The notes below the pieces were generated by a model, which was not told the origin of the DNA, did no database searches, and saw only the letters and a program-made list of their open reading frames with translations. Position numbers and translations under genes: made by a program. Positions 14,101 to 29,100 of a stretch of DNA of 64,000 bases are shown here, piece after piece. Positions within the stretch are counted from its first letter, which is position 1. Each line of letters starts with the position of its first letter. Location of the stretch: positions 372,001 through 436,000 of the forward strand of contig JAJCTO010000010.1 of the NCBI GenBank assembly GCA_046563655.1, in the 5' to 3' direction. Source of the DNA: Yuukianura sp. NJ FZ-2021. Taxonomy: Eukaryota.

Positions 14101-17100
14101 ATGTGAGTACACTATCAAAGGTGGGTATTTAGAAAGGCAGTTTTTCTAGAATTTTGTAGGGCGTAAAATTGCTCTGCAAATTCACAAAATGGCTGTATCT
14201 CGAGAAATATGGATTTCCGGTGAAATCTAATTGCAAATTCCGATTCACCGACTTGAAATTGATGTGAGTACACTATCAAAGGTGGGTATTTAGAAAGGCA
14301 GTTTTTCTAGAATTTTGAAGGGGGTTAAATTGCTCTGCAAATTCACAAAATGGCTGTATCTCGAGAAATATGGATTTCCGGTGAAATCTAATTGCAAATT
14401 CCGATTCACCGACTTGAAATTGATGTGAGTACACTATCAAAGGTGGGTATTTAGAAAGGCAGTTTTTCTAGAATTTTGAGGGCGTAAAATTGCTCTGCAA
14501 ATTCACAAAATGGCTGTATCTCGAGAAATATGGATTTCCGGTGAAATCTAATTGCAAATCCGGATTCACCGACTTGAAATTGATGTGAGTACACTATCAA
14601 AGGTGGGTATTTAGAAAGGCAGTTTTTCTAGAATTTTGAAGGGGTTAAATTGCTCTGCAAATTCACAAAATGGCTGTATCTCGAGAAATATGGATTTCCG
14701 GTGAAATCTAATTGCAAATTCGGATTCACCGACTTGAAATTGATGTGAGTACACTATCAAAGGTGGGTATTTAGAAAGGCAGTTTTTCTAGAATTTTGAA
14801 GGGTGTTAAATTGCTCTGCAAATTCACAAAATGGCTGTATCTCGAGAAATATGGATTTCCGGTGAAATCTAATTGCAAATTCCGATTCACCGACTTGAAA
14901 TTGATGTGAGTACACTATCAAAGGTGGGTATTTAGAAAGGCAGTTTTTCTAGAATTTTGAAGGGGTTAAATTGCTCTGCAAATTCACAAAATGGCTGTAT
15001 CTCGAGAAATATGGATTTCCGGTGAAATCTAATTGCAAATTCCGATTCACCGACTTGAAATTGATGTGAGTACACTATCAAAGGTGGGTATTTAGAAAGG
15101 CAGTTTTTCTAGAATTTTGAAGGGGGTTAAATTGCTCTGCAAATTCACAAAATGGCTGTATCTCGAGAAATATGGATTTCCGGTGAAATCTAATTGCAAA
15201 TTCCGATTCACCGACTTGAAATTGATGTGAGTACACTATCAAAGGTGGGTATTTAGAAAGGCAGTTTTTCTAGAATTTTGAAGGGGTTAAATTGCTCTGC
15301 AAATTCACAAAATGGCTGTATCTCGAGAAATATGGATTTCCGGTGAAATCTAATTGCAAATTCGGATTCACCGACTTGAAATTGATGTGAGTACACTATC
15401 AAAGGTGGGTATTTAGAAAGGCAGTTTTTCTAGAATTTTGAAGGGGGTTAAATTGCTCTGCAAATTCACAAAATGGCTGTATCTCGAGAAATATGGATTT
15501 CCGGTGAAATCTAATTGCAAATTCCGATTCACCGACTTGAAATTGATGTGAGTACACTATCAAAGGTGGGTATTTAGAAAGGCAGTTTTTCTAGAATTTT
15601 GAAGGGGTTAAATTGCTCTGCAAATTCACAAAATGGCTGTATCTCGAGAAATATGGATTTCCGGTGAAATCTAATTGCAAATTCGGATTCACCGACTTGA
15701 AATTGATGTGAGTACACTATCAAAGGTGGGTATTTAGAAAGGCAGTTTTTCTAGAATTTTGAAGGGGGTTAAATTGCTCTGCAAATTCACAAAATGGCTG
15801 TATCTCGAGAAATATGGATTTCCGGTGAAATCTAATTGCAAATTCCGATTCACCGACTTGAAATTGATGTGAGTACACTATCAAAGGTGGGTATTTAGAA
15901 AGGCAGTTTTTCTAGAATTTTGAAGGGGGTTAAATTGCTCTGCAAATTCACAAAATGGCTGTATCTCGAGAAATATGGATTTCCGGTGAAATCTAATTGC
16001 AAATTCGGATTCACCGACTTGAAATTGATGTGAGTACACTATCAAAGGTGGGTATTTAGAAAGGCAGTTTTTCTAGAATTTTGAAGGGGTTTAAATTGCT
16101 CTGCAAATTCACAAAATGGCTGTATCTCGAGAAATATGGATTTCCGGTGAAATCTAATTGCAAATTCCGATTCACCGACTTGAAATTGATGTGAGTACAC
16201 TATCAAAGGTGGGTATTTAGAAAGGCAGTTTTTCTAGAATTTTGAAGGGGTTAAATTGCTCTGCAAATTCACAAAATGGCTGTATCTCGAGAAATATGGA
16301 TTTCCGGTGAAATCTAATTGCAAATCCGGATTCACCGACTTGAAATTGATGTGAGTACACTATCAAAGGTGGGTATTTAGAAAGGCAGTTTTTCTAGAAT
16401 TTTGTAAGGGGTTAAATTGCTCTGCAAATTCACAAAATGGCTGTATCTCGAGAAATATGGATTTCCGGTGAAATCTAATTGCAAATTCCGATTCACCGAC
16501 TTGAAATTGATGTGAGTACACTATCAAAGGTGGGTATTTAGAAAGGCAGTTTTTCTAGAATTTTGTAAGGGGAAAAATTGCTCTGCAAATTCACAAAATG
16601 GCTGTATCTCGAGAAATATGGATTTCCGGTGAAATCTAATTGCAAATTCCGATTCACCGACTTGAAATTGATGTGAGTACACTATCAAAGGTGGGTATTT
16701 AGAAAGGCAGTTTTTCTAGAATTTTGAAGGGGGTTAAATTGCTCTGCAAATTCACAAAATGGCTGTATCTCGAGAAATATGGATTTCCGGTGAAATCTAA
16801 TTGCAAATTCGGATTCACCGACTTGAAATTGATGTGAGTACACTATCAAAGGTGGGTATTTAGAAAGGCAGTTTTTCTAGAATTTTGAAGGGGGTTAAAT
16901 TGCTCTGCAAATTCACAAAATGGCTGTATCTCGAGAAATATGGATTTCCGGTGAAATCTAATTGCAAATTCCGATTCACCGACTTGAAATTGATGTGAGT
17001 ACACTATCAAAGGTGGGTATTTAGAAAGGCAGTTTTTCTAGAATTTTGAAGGGGGTTAAATTGCTCTGCAAATTCACAAAATGGCTGTATCTCGAGAAAT

Positions 17101-20100
17101 ATGGATTTCCGGTGAAATCTAATTGCAAATTCCGATTCACCGACTTGAAATTGATGTGAGTACACTATCAAAGGTGGGTATTTAGAAAGGCAGTTTTTCT
17201 AGAATTTTGAAGGGGTTAAATTGCTCTGCAAATTCACAAAATGGCTGTATCTCGAGAAATATGGATTTCCGGTGAAATCTAATTGCAAATTCCGATTCAC
17301 CGACTTGAAATTGATGTGAGTACACTATCAAAGGTGGGTATTTAGAAAGGCAGTTTTTCTAGAATTTTGAAGTGGGTTAAATTGCTCTGCAAATTCACAA
17401 AATGGCTGTATCTCGAGAAATATGGATTTCCGGTGAAATCTAATTGCAAATTCCGATTCACCGACTTGAAATTGATGTGAGTACACTATCAAAGGTGGGT
17501 ATTTAGAAAGGCAGTTTTTCTAGAATTTTGAAGGGGTTAAATTGCTCTGCAAATTCACAAAATGGCTGTATCTCGAGAAATATGGATTTCCGGTGAAATC
17601 TAATTGCAAATTTGGATTCACCGACTTGAAATTGATGTGAGTACACTATCAAAGGTGGGTATTTAGAAAGGCAGTTTTTCTAGAATTTTGAAGGGGGTTA
17701 AATTGCTCTGCAAATTCACAAAATGGCTGTATCTCGAGAAATATGGATTTCCGGTGAAATCTAATTGCAAATTCGGATTCACCGACTTGAAATTGATGTG
17801 AGTACACTATCAAAGGTGGGTATTTAGAAAGGCAGTTTTTCTAGAATTTTGTAAGGGGAAAAATTGCCCTGCAAATTCACAAAATGGCTGTATCTCGAGA
17901 AATATGGATTTCCGGTGAAATCTAATTGCAAATTCGGATTCACCGACTTGAAATTGATGTGAGTACACTATCAAAGGTGGGTATTTAGAAAGGCAGTTTT
18001 TCTAGAATTTTGAAGAGGTTAAATTGCTCTGCAAATTCACAAAATGGCTGTATCTCGAGAAATATGGATTTCCGGTGAAATCTAATTGCAAATTCGGATT
18101 CACCGACTTGAAATTGATGTGAGTACACTATCAAAGGTGGGTATTTAGAAAGGCAGTTTTTCTAGAATTTTGTAAGAGGTAAAATTGCTCTGCAAATTCA
18201 CAAAATGGCTGTATCTCGAGAAATATGGATTTCCGGTGAAATCTAATTGCAAATTCCGATTCACCGACTTGAAATTGATGTGAGTACACTATCAAAGGTG
18301 GGTATTTAGAAAGGCAGTTTTTCTAGAATTTTGAAGGGGTTAAATTGCTCTGCAAATTCACAAAATGGCTGTATCTCGAGAAATATGGATTTCCGGTGAA
18401 ATCTAATTGCAAATTCCGATTCACCGACTTGAAATTGATGTGAGTACACTATCAAAGGTGGGTATTTAGAAAGGCAGTTTTTCTAGAATTTTGAAGGGGG
18501 TTAAATTGCTCTGCAAATTCACAAAATGGCTGTATCTCGAGAAATATGGATTTCCGGTGAAATCTAATTGCAAATTCCGATTCACCGACTTGAAATTGAT
18601 GTGAGTACACTATCAAAGGTGGGTATTTAGAAAGGCAGTTTTTCTAGAATTTTGAAGGGGGTTAAATTGCTCTGCAAATTCACAAAATGGCTGTATCTCG
18701 AGAAATATGGATTTCCGGTGAAATCTAATTGCAAATTCCGATTCACCGACTTGAAATTGATGTGAGTACACTATCAAAGGTGGGTATTTAGAAAGGCAGT
18801 TTTTCTAGAATTTTGAAGGGGGTTAAATTGCTCTGCAAATTCACAAAATGGCTGTATCTCGAGAAATATGGATTTCCGGTGAAATCTAATTGCAAATTCC
18901 GATTCACCGACTTGAAATTGATGTGAGTACACTATCAAAGGTGGGTATTTAGAAAGGCAGTTTTTCTAGAATTTTGAAGGGCGTAAAATTGCTCTGCAAA
19001 TTCACAAAATGGCTGTATCTCGAGAAATATGGATTTCCGGTGAAATCTAATTGCAAATTCCGATTCACCGACTTGAAATTGATGTGAGTACACTATCAAA
19101 GGTGGGTATTTAGAAAGGCAGTTTTTCTAGAATTTTGAAGGGGTTAAATTGCTCTGCAAATTCACAAAATGGCTGTATCTCGAGAAATATGGATTTCCGG
19201 TGAAATCTAATTGCAAATTCGGATTCACCGACTTGAAATTGATGTGAGTACACTATCAAAGGTGGGTATTTAGAAAGGCAGTTTTTCTAGAATTTTGAAA
19301 GGGGTTAAATTGCTCTGCAAATTCACAAAATGGCTGTATCTCGAGAAATATGGATTTCCGGTGAAATCTAATTGCAAATTCCGATTCACCGACTTGAAAT
19401 TGATGTGAGTACACTATCAAAGGTGGGTATTTAGAAAGGCAGTTTTTCTAGAATTTTGAAGGGGTTAAATTGCTCTGCAAATTCACAAAATGGCTGTATC
19501 TCGAGAAATATGGATTTCCGGTGAAATCTAATTGCAAATTCCGATTCACCGACTTGAAATTGATGTGAGTACACTATCAAAGGTGGGTATTTAGAAAGGC
19601 AGTTTTTCTAGAATTTTGAAGGGGTTAAATTGCTCTGCAAATTCACAAAATGGCTGTATCTCGAGAAATATGGATTTCCGGTGAAATCTAATTGCAAATT
19701 CGGATTCACCGACTTGAAATTGATGTGAGTACACTATCAAAGGTGGGTATTTAGAAAGGCAGTTTTTCTAGAATTTTGAAGGGTGTTAAATTGCTCTGCA
19801 AATTCACAAAATGGCTGTATCTCGAGAAATATGGATTTCCGGTGAAATCTAATTGCAAATTCCGATTCACCGACTTGAAATTGATGTGAGTACACTATCA
19901 AAGGTGGGTATTTAGAAAGGCAGTTTTTCTAGAATTTTGAAGGGGTAAAATTGCCCTGCAAATTCACAAAATGGCTGTATCTCGAGAAATATGGATTTCC
20001 GGTGAAATCTAATTGCAAATTCGGATTCACCGACTTGAAATTGATGTGAGTACACTATCAAAGGTGGGTATTTAGAAAGGCAGTTTTTCTAGAATTTTGA

Positions 20101-23100
20101 AGGGGGTTAAATTGCTCTGCAAATTCACAAAATGGCTGTATCTCGAGAAATATGGATTTCCGGTGAAATCTAATTGCAAATTCCGATTCACCGACTTGAA
20201 ATTGATGTGAGTACACTATCAAAGGTGGGTATTTAGAAAGGCAGTTTTTCTAGAATTTTGAATTGGGTTAAATTGCTCTGCAAATTCACAAAATGGCTGT
20301 ATCTCGAGAAATATGGATTTCCGGTGAAATCTAATTGCAAATTCCGATTCACCGACTTGAAATTGATGTGAGTACACTATCAAAGGTGGGTATTTAGAAA
20401 GGCAGTTTTTCTAGAATTTTGAAGGGGGTTAAATTGCTCTGCAAATTCACAAAATGGCTGTATCTCGAGAAATATGGATTTCCGGTGAAATCTAATTGCA
20501 AATTCCGATTCACCGACTTGAAATTGATGTGAGTACACTATCAAAGGTGGGTATTTAGAAAGGCAGTTTTTCTAGAATTTTGAAGGGGGTTAAATTGCTC
20601 TGCAAATTCACAAAATGGCTGTATCTCGAGAAATATGGATTTCCGGTGAAATCTAATTGCAAATTCCGATTCACCGACTTGAAATTGATGTGAGTACACT
20701 ATCAAAGGTGGGTATTTAGAAAGGCAGTTTTTCTAGAATTTTGAAGGGGGTTAAATTGCTCTGCAAATTCACAAAATGGCTGTATCTCGAGAAATATGGA
20801 TTTCCGGTGAAATCTAATTGCAAATTCCGATTCACCGACTTGAAATTGATGTGAGTACACTATCAAAGGTGGGTATTTAGAAAGGCAGTTTTTCTAGAAT
20901 TTTGAAGAGGGTTAAATTGCTCTGCAAATTCACAAAATGGCTGTATCTCGAGAAATATGGATTTCCGGTGAAATCTAATTGCAAATTCCGATTCACCGAC
21001 TTGAAATTGATGTGAGTACACTATCAAAGGTGGGTATTTAGAAAGGCAGTTTTTCTAGAATTTTGTAAGGGGATAAATTGCTCTGCAAATTCACAAAATG
21101 GCTGTATCTCGAGAAATATGGATTTCCGGTGAAATCTAATTGCAAATTCCGATTCACCGACTTGAAATTGATGTGAGTACACTATCAAAGGTGGGTATTT
21201 AGAAAGGCAGTTTTTCTAGAATTTTGAAGGGCGTAAAATTGCTCTGCAAATTCACAAAATGGCTGTATCTCGAGAAATATGGATTTCCGGTGAAATCTAA
21301 TTGCAAATTCCGATTCACCGACTTGAAATTGATGTGAGTACACTATCAAAGGTGGGTATTTAGAAAGGCAGTTTTTCTAGAATTTTGAAGGGGGTTAAAT
21401 TGCTCTGCAAATTCACAAAATGGCTGTATCTCGAGAAATATGGATTTCCGGTGAAATCTAATTGCAAATTCGGATTCACCGACTTGAAATTGATGTGAGT
21501 ACACTTTCAAAGGTGGGTATTTAGAAAGGCAGTTTTTCTAGAATTTTGAAGGGCGTAAAATTGCTCTGCAAATTCACAAAATGGCTGTATCTCGAGAAAT
21601 ATGGATTTCCGGTGAAATCTAATTGCAAATTCCGATTCACCGACTTGAAATTGATGTGAGTACACTATCAAAGGTGGGTATTTAGAAAGGCAGTTTTTCT
21701 AGAATTTTGAAGGGGTTAAATTGCTCTGCAAATTCACAAAATGGCTGTATCTCGAGAAATATGGATTTCCGGTGAAATCTAATTGCAAATTCGGATTCAC
21801 CGACTTGAAATTGATGTGAGTACACTATCAAAGGTGGGTATTTAGAAAGGCAGTTTTTCTAGAATTTTGAAGGGGTTAAATTGCTCTGCAAATTCACAAA
21901 ATGGCTGTATCTCGAGAAATATGGATTTCCGGTGAAATCTAATTGCAAATTCCGATTCACCGACTTGAAATTGATGTGAGTACACTATCAAAGGTGGGTA
22001 TTTAGAAAGGCAGTTTTTCTAGAATTTTGAAGGGGTTAAATTGCTCTGCAAATTCACAAAATGGCTGTATCTCGAGAAATATGGATTTCCGGTGAAATCT
22101 AATTGCAAATTCCGATTCACCGACTTGAAATTGATGTGAGTACACTATCAAAGGTGGGTATTTAGAAAGGCAGTTTTTCTAGAATTTTGAAGCGGGTTAA
22201 ATTGCTCTGCAAATTCACAAAATGGCTGTATCTCGAGAAATATGGATTTCCGGTGAAATCTAATTGCAAATTCGGATTCACCGACTTGAAATTGATGTGA
22301 GTACACTATCAAAGGTGGGTATTTAGAAAGGCAGTTTTTCTACAATTTTGTAAGAGGAAACATTGCTCTGCAAATTCACAAAATGGCTGTATCTCGAGAA
22401 ATATGGATTTCCGGTGAAATCTAATTGCAAATCCGGATTCACCGACTTGAAATTGATGTGAGTACACTATCAAAGGTGGGTATTTAGAAAGGCAGTTTTT
22501 CTAGAATTTTGAAGGGGGTTAAATTGCTCTGCAAATTCACAAAATGGCTGTATCTCGAGAAATATGGATTTCCGGTGAAATCTAATTGCAAATTCCGATT
22601 CACCGACTTGAAATTGATGTGAGTACACTATCAAAGGTGGGTATTTAGAAAGGCAGTTTTTCTAGAATTTTGAAGGGGTTAAATTGCTCTGCAAATTCAC
22701 AAAATGGCTGTATCTCGAGAAATATGGATTTCCGGTGAAATCTAATTGCAAATTCCGATTCACCGACTTGAAATTGATGTGAGTACACTATCAAAGGTGG
22801 GTATTTAGAAAGGCAGTTTTTCTAGAATTTTGAAGGGGGTTAAATTGCTCTGCAAATTCACAAAATGGCTGTATCTCGAGAAATATGGATTTCCGGTGAA
22901 ATCTAATTGCAAATTCGGATTCACCGACTTGAAATTGATGTGAGTACACTATCAAAGGTGGGTATTTAGAAAGGCAGTTTTTCTAGAATTTTGAAGGGGT
23001 TAAATTGCTCTGCAAATTCACAAAATGGCTGTATCTCGAGAAATATGGATTTCCGGTGAAATCTAATTGCAAATTCCGATTCACCGACTTGAAATTGATG

Positions 23101-26100
23101 TGAGTACACTATCAAAGGTGGGTATTTAGAAAGGCAGTTTTTCTAGAATTTTGAAGGGCGTAAAATTGCTCTGCAAATTCACAAAATGGCTGTATCTCGA
23201 GAAATATGGATTTCCGGTGAAATCTAATTGCAAATTCCGATTCACCGACTTGAAATTGATGTGAGTACACTATCAAAGGTGGGTATTTAGAAAGGCAGTT
23301 TTTCTAGAATTTTGAAGGGGATTAAATTGCTCTGCAAATTCACAAAATGGCTGTATCTCGAGAAATATGGATTTCCGGTGAAATCTAATTGCAAATTCGG
23401 ATTCACCGACTTGAAATTGATGTGAGTACACTATCAAAGGTGGGTATTTAGAAAGGCAGTTTTTCTAGAATTTTGTAAGGGGAAAAATTGCCCTGCAAAT
23501 TCACAAAATGGCTGTATCTCGAGAAATATGGATTTCCGGTGAAATCTAATTGCAAATTCCGATTCACCGACTTGAAATTGATGTGAGTACACTATCAAAG
23601 GTGGGTATTTAGAAAGGCAGTTTTTCTAGAATTTTGAAGGGGTTAAATTGCTCTGCAAATTCACAAAATGGCTGTATCTCGAGAAATATGGATTTCCGGT
23701 GAAATCTAATTGCAAATTCCGATTCACCGACTTGAAATTGATGTGAGTACACTATCAAAGGTGGGTATTTAGAAAGGCAGTTTTTCTAGAATTTTGAAGG
23801 GGTTAAATTGCTCTGCAAATTCACAAAATGGCTGTATCTCGAGAAATATGGATTTCCGGTGAAATCTAATTGCAAATCCGGATTCACCGACTTGAAATTG
23901 ATGTGAGTACACTATCAAAGGTGGGTATTTAGAAAGGCAGTTTTTCTAGAATTTTGTACGGGGAAAAATTGCTCTGCAAATTCACAAAATGGCTGTATCT
24001 CGAGAAATATGGATTTCCGGTGAAATCTAATTGCAAATTCCGATTCACCGACTTGAAATTGATGTGAGTACACTATCAAAGGTGGGTATTTAGAAAGGCA
24101 GTTTTTCTAGAATTTTGAAGGGGTTAAATTGCTCTGCAAATTCACAAAATGGCTGTATCTCGAGAAATATGGATTTCCGGTGAAATCTAATTGCAAATTC
24201 CGATTCACCGACTTGAAATTGATGTGAGTACACTATCAAAGGTGGGTATTTAGAAAGGCAGTTTTTCTAGAATTTTGAAGGGGGTAAAATTGCTCTGCAA
24301 ATTCACAAAATGGCTGTATCTCGAGAAATATGGATTTCCGGTGAAATCTAATTGCAAATTCCGATTCACCGACTTGAAATTGATGTGAGTACACTATCAA
24401 AGGTGGGTATTTAGAAAGGCAGTTTTTCTAGAATTTTGAAGGGGTTAAATTGCTCTGCAAATTCACAAAATGGCTGTATCTCGAGAAATATGGATTTCCG
24501 GTGAAATCTAATTGCAAATTCCGATTCACCGACTTGAAATTGATGTGAGTACACTATCAAAGGTGGGTATTTAGAAAGGCAGTTTTTCTAGAATTTTGAA
24601 GGGGGTTAAATTGCTCTGCAAATTCACAAAATGGCTGTATCTCGAGAAATATGGATTTCCGGTGAAATCTAATTGCAAATTCGGATTCACCGACTTGAAA
24701 TTGATGTGAGTACACTATCAAAGGTGGGTATTTAGAAAGGCAGTTTTTCTAGAATTTTGAAGGGGGTTAAATTGCTCTGCAAATTCACAAAATGGCTGTA
24801 TCTCGAGAAATATGGATTTCCGGTGAAATCTAATTGCAAATTCCGATTCACCGACTTGAAATTGATGTGAGTACACTATCAAAGGTGGGTATTTAGAAAG
24901 GCAGTTTTTCTAGAATTTTGAAGGGGTTAAATTGCTCTGCAAATTCACAAAATGGCTGTATCTCGAGAAATATGGATTTCCGGTGAAATCTAATTGCAAA
25001 TCCGGATTCACCGACTTGAAATTGATGTGAGTACACTATCAAAGGTGGGTATTTAGAAAGGCAGTTTTTCTAGAATTTTGTAAGGGGAAAAATTGCTCTG
25101 CAAATTCACAAAATGGCTGTATCTCGAGAAATATGGATTTCCGGTGAAATCTAATTGCAAATTCCGATTCACCGACTTGAAATTGATGTGAGTACACTAT
25201 CAAAGGTGGGTATTTAGAAAGGCAGTTTTTCTAGAATTTTGAAGGGCGTAAAATTGCTCTGCAAATTCACAAAATGGCTGTATCTCGAGAAATATGGATT
25301 TCCGGTGAAATCTAATTGCAAATTCCGATTCACCGACTTGAAATTGATGTGAGTACACTATCAAAGGTGGGTATTTAGAAAGGCAGTTTTTCTAGAATTT
25401 TGAAGGGCGTTAAATTGCTCTGCAAATTCACAAAATGGCTGTATCTCGAGAAATATGGATTTCCGGTGAAATCTAATTGCAAATCCGGATTCACCGACTT
25501 GAAATTGATGTGAGTACACTATCAAAGGTGGGTATTTAGAAAGGCAGTTTTTCTAGAATTTTGAAGGGGTTAAATTGCTCTGCAAATTCACAAAATGGCT
25601 GTATCTCGAGAAATATGGATTTCCGGTGAAATCTAATTGCAAATCCGGATTCACCGACTTGAAATTGATGTGAGTACACTATCAAAGGTGGGTATTTAGA
25701 AAGGCAGTTTTTCTAGAATTTTGAAGGTGTTAAATTGCTCTGCAAATTCACAAAATGGCTGTATCTCGAGAAATATGGATTTCCGGTGAAATCTAATTGC
25801 AAATTCGGATTCACCGACTTGAAATTGATGTGAGTACACTATCAAAGGTGGGTATTTAGAAAGGCAGTTTTTCTAGAATTTTGTAAGGGGAAAAATTGCC
25901 CTGCAAATTCACAAAATGGCTGTATCTCGAGAAATATGGATTTCCGGTGAAATCTAATTGCAAATTCCGATTCACCGACTTGAAATTGATGTGAGTACAC
26001 TATCAAAGGTGGGTATTTAGAAAGGCAGTTTTTCTAGAATTTTGAAGGGGGTTAAATTGCTCTGCAAATTCACAAAATGGCTGTATCTCGAGAAATATGG

Positions 26101-29100
26101 ATTTCCGGTGAAATCTAATTGCAAATTCCGATTCACCGACTTGAAATTGATGTGAGTACACTATCAAAGGTGGGTATTTAGAAAGGCAGTTTTTCTAGAA
26201 TTTTGAAGGGGTTAAATTGCTCTGCAAATTCACAAAATGGCTGTATCTCGAGAAATATGGATTTCCGGTGAAATCTAATTGCAAATTCCGATTCACCGAC
26301 TTGAAATTGATGTGAGTACACTATCAAAGGTGGGTATTTAGAAAGGCAGTTTTTCTAGAATTTTGAAGGGGGTTAAATTGCTCTGCAAATTCACAAAATG
26401 GCTGTATCTCGAGAAATATGGATTTCCGGTGAAATCTAATTGCAAATTCGGATTCACCGACTTGAAATTGATGTGAGTACACTATCAAAGGTGGGTATTT
26501 AGAAAGGCAGTTTTTCTAGAATTTTGAAGGGGGTTAAATTGCTCTGCAAATTCACAAAATGGCTGTATCTCGAGAAATATGGATTTCCGGTGAAATCTAA
26601 TTGCAAATTCCGATTCACCGACTTGAAATTGATGTGAGTACACTATCAAAGGTGGGTATTTAGAAAGGCAGTTTTTCTAGAATTTTGAAGGGGTTAAATT
26701 GCTCTGCAAATTCACAAAATGGCTGTATCTCGAGAAATATGGATTTCCGGTGAAATCTAATTGCAAATCCGGATTCACCGACTTGAAATTGATGTGAGTA
26801 CACTATCAAAGGTGGGTATTTAGAAAGGCAGTTTTTCTAGAATTTTGAAGGGGGTTAAATTGCTCTGCAAATTCACAAAATGGCTGTATCTCGAGAAATA
26901 TGGATTTCCGGTGAAATCTAATTGCAAATTCCGATTCACCGACTTGAAATTGATGTGAGTACACTATCAAAGGTGGGTATTTAGAAAGGCAGTTTTTCTA
27001 GAATTTTGAAGGGGGTTAAATTGCTCTGCAAATTCACAAAATGGCTGTATCTCGAGAAATATGGATTTCCGGTGAAATCTAATTGCAAATTCCGATTCAC
27101 CGACTTGAAATTGATGTGAGTACACTATCAAAGGTGGGTATTTAGAAAGGCAGTTTTTCTAGAATTTTGAACGGGGAAAAATTGCTCTGCAAATTCACAA
27201 AATGGCTGTATCTCGAGAAATATGGATTTCCGGTGAAATCTAATTGCAAATTTGGATTCACCGACTTGAAATTGATGTGAGTACACTATCAAAGGTGGGT
27301 ATTTAGAAAGGCAGTTTTTCTAGAATTTTGTAAGGGGTTAAATTGCTCTGCAAATTCACAAAATGGCTGTATCTCGAGAAATATGGATTTCCGGTGAAAT
27401 CTAATTGCAAATTCCGATTCACCGACTTGAAATTGATGTGAGTACACTATCAAAGGTGGGTATTTAGAAAGGCAGTTTTTCTAGAATTTTGAAGGGGGTT
27501 AAATTGCTCTGCAAATTCACAAAATGGCTGTATCTCGAGAAATATGGATTTCCGGTGAAATCTAATTGCAAATTCCGATTCACCGACTTGAAATTGATGT
27601 GAGTACACTATCAAAGGTGGGTATTTAGAAAGGCAGTTTTTCTAGAATTTTGAAGGGGGTTAAATTGCTCTGCAAATTCACAAAATGGCTGTATCTCGAG
27701 AAATATGGATTTCCGGTGAAATCTAATTGCAAATTCGGATTCACCGACTTGAAATTGATGTGAGTACACTTTCAAAGGTGGGTATTTAGAAAGGCAGTTT
27801 TTCTAGAATTTTGAAGGGGATTAAATTGCTCTGCAAATTCACAAAATGGCTGTATCTCGAGAAATATGGATTTCCGGTGAAATCTAATTGCAAATTCCGA
27901 TTCACCGACTTGAAATTGATGTGAGTACACTATCAAAGGTGGGTATTTAGAAAGGCAGTTTTTCTAGAATTTTGTAGGGCGTAAAATTGCTCTGCAAATT
28001 CACAAAATGGCTGTATCTCGAGAAATATGGATTTCCGGTGAAATCTAATTGCAAATTCCGATTCACCGACTTGAAATTGATGTGAGTACACTATCAAAGG
28101 TGGGTATTTAGAAAGGCAGTTTTTCTAGAATTTTGAAGGGGGTTAAATTGCTCTGCAAATTCACAAAATGGCTGTATCTCGAGAAATATGGATTTCCGGT
28201 GAAATCTAATTGCAAATTCCGATTCACCGACTTGAAATTGATGTGAGTACACTATCAAAGGTGGGTATTTAGAAAGGCAGTTTTTCTAGAATTTTGAAGG
28301 GGGTTAAATTGCTCTGCAAATTCACAAAATGGCTGTATCTCGAGAAATATGGATTTCCGGTGAAATCTAATTGCAAATTCCGATTCACCGACTTGAAATT
28401 GATGTGAGTACACTATCAAAGGTGGGTATTTAGAAAGGCAGTTTTTCTAGAATTTTGAAAGGGGTTAAATTGCTCTGCAAATTCACAAAATGGCTGTATC
28501 TCGAGAAATATGGATTTCCGGTGAAATCTAATTGCAAATTCGGATTCACCGACTTGAAATTGATGTGAGTACACTATCAAAGGTGGGTATTTAGAAAGGC
28601 AGTTTTTCTAGAATTTTGAAGAGGAAAAATTGCTCTGCAAATTCACAAAATGGCTGTATCTCGAGAAATATGGATTTCCGGTGAAATCTAATTGCAAATC
28701 CGGATTCACCGACTTGAAATTGATGTGAGTACACTATCAAAGGTGGGTATTTAGAAAGGCAGTTTTTCTAGAATTTTGAAGGGGGTTAAATTGCTCTGCA
28801 AATTCACAAAATGGCTGTATCTCGAGAAATATGGATTTCCGGTGAAATCTAATTGCAAATTCCGATTCACCGACTTGAAATTGATGTGAGTACACTATCA
28901 AAGGTGGGTATTTAGAAAGGCAGTTTTTCTAGAATTTTGAAGGGGGTTAAATTGCTCTGCAAATTCACAAAATGGCTGTATCTCGAGAAATATGGATTTC
29001 CGGTGAAATCTAATTGCAAATTCGGATTCACCGACTTGAAATTGATGTGAGTACACTATCAAAGGTGGGTATTTAGAAAGGCAGTTTTTCTAGAATTTTG